Under the pieces are notes generated by a model. The model made no database searches, was not told the origin of the DNA, and was given only the letters and a program-made list of their open reading frames with translations. 11,528 bases of DNA from Archangiaceae bacterium (lineage in GTDB: Bacteria; Myxococcota; Myxococcia; Myxococcales; Myxococcaceae), in contig JAYVCD010000352.1 of assembly GCA_043750125.1 (NCBI GenBank), forward strand, positions 1 to 11,528. Reading direction: 5' to 3'. Shown one piece after another: positions 1-6,373 of the stretch (position 1 is its first letter; each line of letters starts with the position of its first letter). Made by a program: the position numbers and the translations under genes.

Positions 1-271
1 CTGCGCCGCCGCCCGCGCCGCCCGTGCCGCCGCCGACGCCCGTGCCTCCGCCCGCCCCTCCGGCTTTGCACGCGCCACTCGCGCAGACCTCACCGTTCGC
101 GCAGGACACGCACCCGGTACCGTTCGAGCCGCAGTGCTGTCCGGAGCCCACCCCCTCGCAAATGTTGTCCGCGGTGCAGCAGCCGCCGCAATTGTCTGCG
201 TTGCACTTCGAAGGAGTGCCGCATCCAGCCAGGACGGCCCCGGTAATGACAACAAGAGCGACGATGCGCAT
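1..271 (-). CDS. Cys-rich lipoprotein with Gly-rich linker (5' part only; runs off the left edge)
   Basis: Not in the ORF track. Manual translation from ATG at 271 (-), preceded by SD-like GAGGGGG: MRIVALVVITGAVLAG|CGTPSKCNADNCGGCCTADNICEGVGSGQHCGSNGTGCVSCANGEVCASGACKAGGAGGGTGVGGGTGGAGGGA... It has a lipobox LAGC, a Cys-rich module, then a GGxGG linker, and no stop before position 1. Confidence 0.85.
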   Translation of the reverse strand, partial: MRIVALVVITGAVLAGCGTPSKCNADNCGGCCTADNICEGVGSGQHCGSNGTGCVSCANGEVCASGACKAGGAGGGTGVGGGTGGAGGGA

Positions 272-427
272 GCGAGCCCCCTCGAAAAGGCGTCCAGCCG
301 CGCTTCGTTCCCGATCCGATCCCCCACATTCACGCAGGGTGTGAGGTTCTGAACATTGAGGGCGCACCCAGGGCGAAAGCAGTTTCAAGCGAACCCCGAG
401 CCCCTTTCGAATAAGAGCGGAGGCACA

Positions 428-1207
428 GTGAAGACCCTGATCACCACCCGGTACGTGACTCCGCTGCGGGAAGGGGGCTCGCTGCCGGCGATCGTCGAGG
501 CGAGCGACGACGGGCTGTACGTGCTGAAGCTGCGCGGTGCAGGGCAGGGCGTGAAGGCACTGATCGCCGAGGTCATCGCTGCCGAGCTCGGCCGCTCGCT
601 GGGGTTGAAGGTGCCCGAGCCGGCGCTGATGGAGCTCGACGCGGCAATCGGGCGCGCCGAACCGGACGAGGAGATTCGCGACCTGCTCAAAGCGAGCGTG
701 GGGACCAACGTCGCGCTCGACTATCTGCCCGGTTCGGTGATGTTCGATCCGATCGTCGGGCCTGCGCCGGACGGCGCGACGGCGTCCCGCGTCGTCTGGT
801 TCGACGCCTTCATCACCAACGTGGACCGGACAGCCAAAAATCCGAACTTGTTGGTCTGGCACCGACAGCTGTGGCTCATCGATCACGGAGCCGCGCTGTT
901 TTTCCATCATGCGTGGGACGACGCGCTGGCCCGGGCGAAGTCGCCGTTCGTTCAGATCAAAGACCACGTCCTGCTGCCATTCGCGACGCAACTGCAGGAA
1001 GAAGGCGCGGCGATGGCGGCTCGACTCACCCCTGCGATGATTGACGCCGCCGTGACCGCCGTGCCCGACGCCTGGCTGGGCAACGAACCGCAGCATCCGA
1101 CCGTTGCTGCGCACCGCGAGGCGTACCGCCAATACTTTCTCGCGCGCCTTGGCGCCGCGCCCATCTTCCTCGCCGAATGCTTGCGGGCCCGTTCTGCACT
1201 CGTTTGA
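428..1207 (+). CDS. HipA-like (HipA_2-type) Ser/Thr kinase
   Basis: Likely start is GTG 428 after SD CGGAGG (the ORF track opens at 356). Motifs: RYVTPLREGGSLP (Gly loop), YVLKLRGAGQG (Lys), ALIAEVIA (Glu), FDAFITNVDRTAKNPNLL (catalytic loop), WLIDHG (Mg-binding). It is followed by a DUF3037 gene, the usual partner. Confidence 0.9.
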   Translation: MKTLITTRYVTPLREGGSLPAIVEASDDGLYVLKLRGAGQGVKALIAEVIAAELGRSLGLKVPEPALMELDAAIGRAEPDEEIRDLLKASVGTNVALDYLPGSVMFDPIVGPAPDGATASRVVWFDAFITNVDRTAKNPNLLVWHRQLWLIDHGAALFFHHAWDDALARAKSPFVQIKDHVLLPFATQLQEEGAAMAARLTPAMIDAAVTAVPDAWLGNEPQHPTVAAHREAYRQYFLARLGAAPIFLAECLRARSALV

Positions 1208-1580
1208 TTACGCCGTGATTCGAGTGGTCCCTCGCGTCGATCGCGAGGAATTCATCAATGCGGGCGTCATCCTCTATTGCCTCGGGCTCGACTACCTCAG
1301 CGCCAGCATTCACCTCGATGCCCAACGGCTGGGTGCGCTGGCTCCCGGAGTCGATGTACCGATGATCCAGGCGCACCTCGATTCCATTCCGCTAATCTGC
1401 AGCGGTGGCGCCACCGGTGGCCCGATCGGGCGGCTCGCCCAGAAGGAACGGTGGCACTGGTTGGTGGCGCCCCGCAGCACCCTGGTCCAGCCGGGACCGG
1501 TTCATTCGGGGCTGTGCGATCAACCGTCGCTCGCCCTCGAGAAATTGATGGGGCGCGTCGTGCGCGCAACCCCAGTCTGA
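1185..1580 (+). CDS. DUF3037 domain protein, partner of the HipA-like kinase (start uncertain)
   Basis: SFDYAVIRVVPRVDREEFINAGVILYC...RWHWLVAPRSTLVQPGPVHSGLC matches the DUF3037 pattern. It overlaps the kinase 3' end. There is no ATG/GTG at the expected position (GGG 1185, CTG 1194). The nearest in-frame canonical candidates are TTG 1104 and GTG 1215. Confidence 0.88.
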   Translation, partial: GPVLHSFDYAVIRVVPRVDREEFINAGVILYCLGLDYLSASIHLDAQRLGALAPGVDVPMIQAHLDSIPLICSGGATGGPIGRLAQKERWHWLVAPRSTLVQPGPVHSGLCDQPSLALEKLMGRVVRATPV

Positions 1581-1582
1581 AA

Positions 1583-1601
1583 GGGCCGGGCGGTGAGGCC
1601 C
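1583..1601 (-). terminator. Possible weak hairpin terminator between the convergent DUF3037 and cupin genes
   Basis: GGGCC-N9-GGCCC stem flanked by AAA/AAAA on the + strand, which gives a short U tail on the - strand. The stem is only 5 bp. Confidence 0.3.
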
Positions 1602-1607
1602 AAAATT

Positions 1608-2009
1608 TCAGTGGCTGGGTTTTGAAGCTTCAGGGGACCCAGTTTTCGGCGAGGCCAGCGCCGGCTCCTTCAATTCGACGATCAAGACCTCGGTATCTGT
1701 CGATCCGATATTCTCTCCGACGTGCTTCTGCCCGGGGAGCAACACCACATCCCCCGCCTTGAACTCGAGCTCCCGGGTCTTCCCATCCGGAAAAGTCAGC
1801 CTTCGCCGAAATGGTGCAATTGCGTAGAGCACGAGGTCCGGATGAACGTGCATCGTGGTCTTGTCGCCGGGATGGTCGTGATACCGAAGCACGCGGACTC
1901 GCTCGTTCTCTTTCACGACTTTGTACTTGTCCGAGTCGGTCTTGACGGGATCCTGTCCGAATGCGCTTCCTGCAAGCAGCAACATCACGGCGACAAATGA
2001 ACACTTCAT
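1608..2009 (-). CDS. Cupin-fold protein with Sec signal peptide
   Basis: ATG 2009 after SD GGGAG. Signal peptide MKCSFVAVMLLLAGSAFG|QD, then DPVKTDSDKYKVVKENERVRVL, cupin motif 1 PGDKTTMHVHPD and motif 2 FKAGDVVLLPGQKHVGEN. Confidence 0.85.
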   Translation of the reverse strand: MKCSFVAVMLLLAGSAFGQDPVKTDSDKYKVVKENERVRVLRYHDHPGDKTTMHVHPDLVLYAIAPFRRRLTFPDGKTRELEFKAGDVVLLPGQKHVGENIGSTDTEVLIVELKEPALASPKTGSPEASKPSH

Positions 2010-2072
2010 GAGCGCTCCCGGTGAAAGTTCCGCCCGCGACGCGCGAGGAAACGATGAACGCGGACCTTATGA

Positions 2073-2794
2073 TCACTTCGCCTGCTGCCTTCGGCATTCG
2101 AAGTGAGCGTTGCACCCGACGTGGCTGAACGCCTGGGGGAAATTTCCCAGCAACCGCTTCCCGACCGGGTCGTACTCTTCGGAGAGCAACCCGAGCTCGT
2201 TGCGAACGCTGAGCAGCCGTTCGAACAACACCCGCGCCTCGGCCACCCGGCCCGCGAGGGCGTAGTTGTCCGCGAGCCAGAACGAGCAGGCGAGGAAGGC
2301 TCCTTCGCCCCTGGGCAAACCATCGGTGGGGTTCTCGTCGGTGGAGTAGCGCTCGACGAAGCCGTGGCGAAACAGATCCTTTTCGATCGCGCGCACCGTG
2401 CCCTGAATCCTCGGATCATGCGCCGGAAGGAACCCCACCACCGGGAGCAACAGCGTGCTCGCGTCGCGTTGCGCCCGCCACACGTCCACCGGGCCAGAAC
2501 GAACGGAATTCGTTCGCCGGTGTGCACGACGAAATCCGCGACCGTCGTGAGGTCGCGACCATGGGGCTCGACCGGGGTGCTCAAATCGAGCGCTTCGGGT
2601 CCAGCGATCGCGCGCACGACGCCGTCGATGCGGCGAACCCATGAAACCACCGAGCCGCAGTCGAACCGGATGATCAGCTCGGCCTGCAGGCGCACTTCGC
2701 CGCGGACTCCTTCGACCAGCCGCATTAAATTCGGCTGTTCGTCGCGCGGGGGCATGAAGTCGATCACCCGCACCGTGCCCGTCGACGTATCGAC
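2073..2794 (-). pseudogene. Glycoside hydrolase family 15 (trehalase/glucoamylase-like) remnant
   Basis: The N-terminal domain fragment (GTVRVIDFMPPRDEQPNLMRLVEGVRGEV...RFDCG...GERIPFVL) and the C-terminal fragment (DASTLLLPVVGFLP...EGAFLACSFWLADNY...LGLLSEEYDP...GNFPQAFSHVG) are in different frames, joined near 2492. The 5' end and the central catalytic region are missing. There is an in-frame stop at 2795-2797 just upstream. Confidence 0.9.
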
Positions 2795-2830
2795 TCAGGT
2801 CGTATGGGTCGGAAGCTGGGGCGGCGCCAC

Positions 2831-3103
2831 TCAATCGCCCTCGGCGAGCACGCGGCCGCTCACCCGATGCGCAATGCTGACCGCCCAGGTGGAAAGGGAA
2901 GAGCGAAACCGAAACGAAGGCAACGCGCGCAGCACCTCGAGCAGGCTTTCCTGCACAGCGTCATCGACACCGGCGGGAAAGCCGAACGAGAAGCCGATTT
3001 GACGATGCAGCAACGGGTAGAGGAACTCGGCCACCTGCGCCTGGGCCCTTTTTTCGCCGCGGCTCGCGCGCGCGATCATGTCCTCATTCGGCGGTGCGGA
3101 CAT
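2831..3103 (-). pseudogene. Truncated ECF sigma-70 factor (region 2 only)
   Basis: DMIARASRGEKRAQ...VDDAVQESLLEVLRALPSFRFRSSLSTWAVSIAHR is a clear ECF region 2. The ORF stops at 90 aa with no region 4 HTH, and the GH15 remnant begins about 36 nt later. Confidence 0.8.
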
Positions 3104-3137
3104 TTCAGGTCTTCAGGTGCGGCGGTGCAAAGTCGCC

Positions 3138-3165
3138 TCAGGTGGGTGCCGATGTCGCAAAGTCC
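3138..3165 (-). promoter_or_regulatory. Candidate ECF (sigmaE/AlgU-like) promoter upstream of the sigma gene
   Basis: On the - strand, GGACTT(3165-3160)-N17-CCTGA(3142-3138) resembles GAACTT-N16/17-TCTGA and ends 34 nt upstream of the sigma ATG. Confidence 0.4.
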
Positions 3166-3240
3166 CCCGGTTTTCGGCGGCGGCCGAGCCGACGATCACG
3201 CGTGTCTCGGGCCGGCACGGGATTTGTACGGTGCAGTCCT

Positions 3241-3843
3241 GTGAAAAATACTCGCGAGCTTCGACGTGCGTTGTGGATCCCCTCGGTGGTGCTGTGGGCG
3301 GCAGCTTCCTGTGCCAGCTACGACCAGCTGATTGAAAAGGACCAGGCCTGCCAGATGAAGTGGGCGGACCTCGAAGCGAACCTTCAGCGCCGCGCGGACT
3401 TGATTCCCAATCTCGTCGCGACCGTCAAAGCCGCCGCCGCCCAGGAGCAGACGACGCTGACCAAGATCGCCGAAGCCCGGGCGTCTGCAACTTCGATTCA
3501 TTTGACCGCCGAAGACACCCAGGACCCCGCGAAGATGGCGGCGTTTCAGGCGGCCCAGGACCAGCTGAAGGGTGCGCTCTCGCGGTTGCTGGTGGTTCAA
3601 GAGCAGTACCCGGACCTCAAGTCGAACGGGAACTTCCGCGACCTGCAGGTCCAACTCGAAGCGACCGAGAACCGGATTCTTCGCGCCCGCGAGGAATACA
3701 ACCGCGTGGTGGGCGAATACAACTCGGAGCTCGGCAAGGTCAAAGGGAAGATCATCAAGCGCGCCACCGGCGGCACGTTCATGCCGCGCCCCTACTTCGC
3801 CGCTTCTGCCGGGTCGGAAGTCGCGCCCAAGGTGAACTTCTGA
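3241..3843 (+). CDS. lemA: LemA family protein (probable lipoprotein)
   Basis: Likely start GTG 3241. Lipobox-like AASC, then WADLEANLQRRADLIPNLVATVK, QLKGALSRLLVVQEQYPDLKSNGNFRDLQVQLEATENRI, and C-terminal APKVNF. Confidence 0.95.
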   Translation: MKNTRELRRALWIPSVVLWAAASCASYDQLIEKDQACQMKWADLEANLQRRADLIPNLVATVKAAAAQEQTTLTKIAEARASATSIHLTAEDTQDPAKMAAFQAAQDQLKGALSRLLVVQEQYPDLKSNGNFRDLQVQLEATENRILRAREEYNRVVGEYNSELGKVKGKIIKRATGGTFMPRPYFAASAGSEVAPKVNF

Positions 3844-4625
3844 GCCTTGCGGCCCATGCGCGGGGTGCGGCCTGGGCGTTGTTGCTCGTGGCCTGCAGCG
3901 CCTGGGCAGACTTTCGTCCACCGCCGATTCAAGGGCACATCACGGACACCGCCGGAAAGCTGACCGGTGAACAAGTTCAATCGCTGGACCGATCACTCGA
4001 GGCGTTGAGGACGACGTCGGGCTTCGAGATCGCGGTGTTGCTGATTGGCTCTCTCGAAGGCCAGAACATCGATGACGTCGCGTACACCACGTTCAATACC
4101 TGGAAGATCGGAAAGAAGGACGCGGATAACGGGGTGCTGCTGGTCATCGCGCCGAACGAACGCAAAGTGCGGATCGAGACGGGGAAGGGCGTCGGCGGGG
4201 CGCTCACCGATTTGCAGTCGCACGACATCATTCGCGATCGGATTTCGCCCCAGCTGAAGGCGGACCACTTCTACGAAGCGATCGAAGAAGGGACAACGGC
4301 GATCGGCCTGGCGCTGACGGGCAAGGCGTTTCCAGATCGGCCCGTGGGGTTTGCGCCCGATGACGCCGGCGCCCGGCCGCCCACCCGCACCGGTTTTCCG
4401 TTCTCGTCGGCGGTTCCTGTTTTTCTGTTCCTCGGGCTGGGGCTGGCGCTTCGGCTCTTGCGTGGGCGCAGAGGAGGAAGGGGCGGGGGCGGAGGGTTTT
4501 GGGGCGGCGGCTTCGGAGGTGGAGGCTTCGGAGGTGGAGGAGGCAGCAGCTCGGACAACAGCGGCGGCGGCTACTCCGGAGGCGGCGGCAGCTCGGGCGG
4601 CGGCGGCTCGAGCGACAGCTACTGA
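3840..4625 (+). CDS. TPM domain (YgcG-like) membrane protein with Gly-rich C-terminal tail (start uncertain)
   Basis: GHITDTAGKLT, WKIGKKDADNGVLLVIAPNERKVRIETGKGVGGALTD, a TM segment (AVPVFLFLGLGLAL) and a GGGFGGG...SGGGGSSDSY tail. It is the usual lemA neighbour. Start candidates are CTG 3840 (overlapping the lemA stop) and TTG 3879. Confidence 0.92.
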   Translation: MSLAAHARGAAWALLLVACSAWADFRPPPIQGHITDTAGKLTGEQVQSLDRSLEALRTTSGFEIAVLLIGSLEGQNIDDVAYTTFNTWKIGKKDADNGVLLVIAPNERKVRIETGKGVGGALTDLQSHDIIRDRISPQLKADHFYEAIEEGTTAIGLALTGKAFPDRPVGFAPDDAGARPPTRTGFPFSSAVPVFLFLGLGLALRLLRGRRGGRGGGGGFWGGGFGGGGFGGGGGSSSDNSGGGYSGGGGSSGGGGSSDSY

Positions 4626-4641
4626 CTTTCAGCGGCGCGTC

Positions 4642-5355
4642 TTACTGAACGCTGATCGGCATGTTGTAGAGGAAGCAGACGGGAACCTGCTGGGCCTTGT
4701 AGAGCCACCCTTCGCGGATGCCCGCGACGATCGCTTCGTCCGCACCGGGAACGCTCTTCACCACCCCGACCTCATAGACCCGGCCGTCGATGCCGACGCA
4801 GACCTTGTACATCCCCGTCAGCTGCGCGCCCCGGTGCGCCTGCTTGAAGACCTCGGGAAGCCGCAATGGCGTTTGCTGAAGCATGTCGCGCTGAATGACG
4901 AACGCAGGAACGTTTTTGGGCTTGGCAGGCGCTGCGGGCGCATCGGGCGAAACCAGACCTCCCACCGTTCCACCCGCGACGCCGCCCTCGGTTCCTCCTT
5001 CGACGCCACCGGCGGCCGCAGGCGCTTCGATTTCCGACGGCTCGGCAGCCTGGGGCGCATGAGCCACCTCTTGCGGGCGGGGCATCGAAGTCGGAATTTC
5101 CACCTTGTGAACCGGCTCGACCTTCACCGGGTTCGGGCGTGGAGTCTTTGCCGCGGGCGGAGGAGGCGGGGGCCGTGCCACCGGGGGCGGAGGAGGCGGC
5201 GGTTTGTAGAAGGTGAGGGCGAGCGGCTCGTTTTTTCTTGCCGAGGGCGAGTCCAGTTTGAGCACCAGCCCCAGCACTCCGAGATGAAGGACGACCGAAA
5301 ACGCCGCGGCGCGGGCGGGAAAACGACGTCGCTGGACCGCGTACTGCGCGAACAT
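4642..5355 (-). CDS. TonB-like energy transducer (N-terminal TM, Pro-rich spacer, TonB_C-like domain)
   Basis: ATG 5355 (TTG 5361 is an alternative). The TM helix has the TonB SxxxH motif (FSVVLHLGVLGLV), followed by KPPPPPPPVARPPPPPP, a GGVEGGTEGGVAGGTVGG repeat and a C-terminal domain YKVCVGIDGRVYEVGVVKS...WLYK...PVC. Confidence 0.85.
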   Translation of the reverse strand: MFAQYAVQRRRFPARAAAFSVVLHLGVLGLVLKLDSPSARKNEPLALTFYKPPPPPPPVARPPPPPPAAKTPRPNPVKVEPVHKVEIPTSMPRPQEVAHAPQAAEPSEIEAPAAAGGVEGGTEGGVAGGTVGGLVSPDAPAAPAKPKNVPAFVIQRDMLQQTPLRLPEVFKQAHRGAQLTGMYKVCVGIDGRVYEVGVVKSVPGADEAIVAGIREGWLYKAQQVPVCFLYNMPISVQ

Positions 5356-5425
5356 TCCCAAGCCGTCTCACCCCTGCGCCGAGTTTTCAAGTTGTCGTTC
5401 GCCAGTTGTGATAGCCGCGCCCCCC

Positions 5426-6373
5426 ATGCGAATCGATTGCTGTGGCGTTGCGCTGATTTTGGCGCTGATGGCCTGCGGCGCCCACGACCCCTCGACCACG
5501 GCGGATCCTCAGCAGGGATTCATCGACGGTTCGGGGTTGGACGCCAAGTTCCTTCCCTCCAAGTGCGACAACAAACCCTGTTACGTCGGCCAGGCCGCGT
5601 TCGCCCGCGGTGAGGCGCTCTTTTTCTACAACCTGGGCACGATTCCCACCGCGACGTTTCCGGCTCAGAAGGCCGCCAGTGCGCCGCCCGTCTACACCGT
5701 GCCGGAATGCGACACCGTCGGCACGTACGAACCGATGCGCGATGCCTTTGCTCCTTCGCAGCAGCTGCCGCTGTTCTCGACGCTGCCGCTGACGAGCAGA
5801 GTGATCGGCGCGCTGGTGTTGCCCTTCGTCAACGTGACTGCCGCCACTCACCCCAAGCCGTTTGCCTGCAACGCGGTCAAGGACGCCGCCGACGTGAGCA
5901 GTGATGCCGCCAAGCCCGGCAAGTTCGGCCTGACTCCGGCAGGTGCCCCTGAAGTTCGACTCTGGGCCGTGGTCGACCCCACCGTGCCGCTCAACCCGAC
6001 CAGTCCGGACTTCAAGCTCGGCAGCGCGCTGGGTTGGTACAAGTCGCTGCTGCTCACCTACCTCGACGGAGGTCCGGTGCCGGTGAACGAGGCCGGCGAG
6101 CTGGTCGCGATGGACGGGATCATTCTCGACCCGGCCGGGCTGACCACTTTCGCCAAGACCACGGATCCGAAAGTGATTCTGTTGCCCTTCAAGCGCGGCG
6201 AGGCCGGCTTCTCTCCGATTGTTCGGCTTCACAGCTTTCGGTTCCCTTCGGGAAAAGGTCCCGGTGACTTCACCGGCATCTGCCTGAGCGGAATGAGCTG
6301 CGGCGCCAAAGAGATCAGCTTCATCCAGGCGAGCCCCACTTCCTTCAACACCGTCTTGATCGCGGCCCAATGA
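5426..6373 (+). CDS. Lipoprotein of unknown function, first gene of the TBDR operon
   Basis: ATG 5426 (GTG 5408 is an alternative). Signal peptide with lipobox LMAC, several Cys residues, and a stop codon overlapping the receptor start (ATGA at 6370-6373). Confidence 0.85.
   Translation: MRIDCCGVALILALMACGAHDPSTTADPQQGFIDGSGLDAKFLPSKCDNKPCYVGQAAFARGEALFFYNLGTIPTATFPAQKAASAPPVYTVPECDTVGTYEPMRDAFAPSQQLPLFSTLPLTSRVIGALVLPFVNVTAATHPKPFACNAVKDAADVSSDAAKPGKFGLTPAGAPEVRLWAVVDPTVPLNPTSPDFKLGSALGWYKSLLLTYLDGGPVPVNEAGELVAMDGIILDPAGLTTFAKTTDPKVILLPFKRGEAGFSPIVRLHSFRFPSGKGPGDFTGICLSGMSCGAKEISFIQASPTSFNTVLIAAQ

Noticed and set aside
24-344. Pro-rich + strand ORF
   Set aside because: It is the antisense of the Gly/Cys-rich lipoprotein, which has an SD and a lipobox on the - strand.
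337-395. Possible riboswitch (GGGTGTG/CGCACCC stem, GC-GAAA-GC loop) upstream of the kinase
   Set aside because: It does not match the c-di-GMP-I or other aptamer consensus I can recall, and short stems are expected at this GC content. An Rfam/Infernal scan would settle it.
2024-2031. GGAACTTT ECF -35-like element upstream of the cupin gene (- strand)
   Set aside because: A normal spacer would place the -10 element on the start codon, which is incompatible with ATG 2009 and its SD.
2465-2495. Programmed frameshift joining the two GH15 frames
   Set aside because: There is no slippery heptamer, and the joined product would still lack the start and the catalytic-acid region.
3360-3839. 160-codon N-terminal extension of the TPM ORF overlapping lemA
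   Set aside because: It is Arg/Gly/Pro-rich off-frame sequence within lemA. The signal peptide and TPM similarity begin only after 3840.
4509-4538. 15-bp tandem repeat GGCTTCGGAGGTGGA x2
   Set aside because: It simply encodes the ordinary GFGGG tail of TPM proteins.
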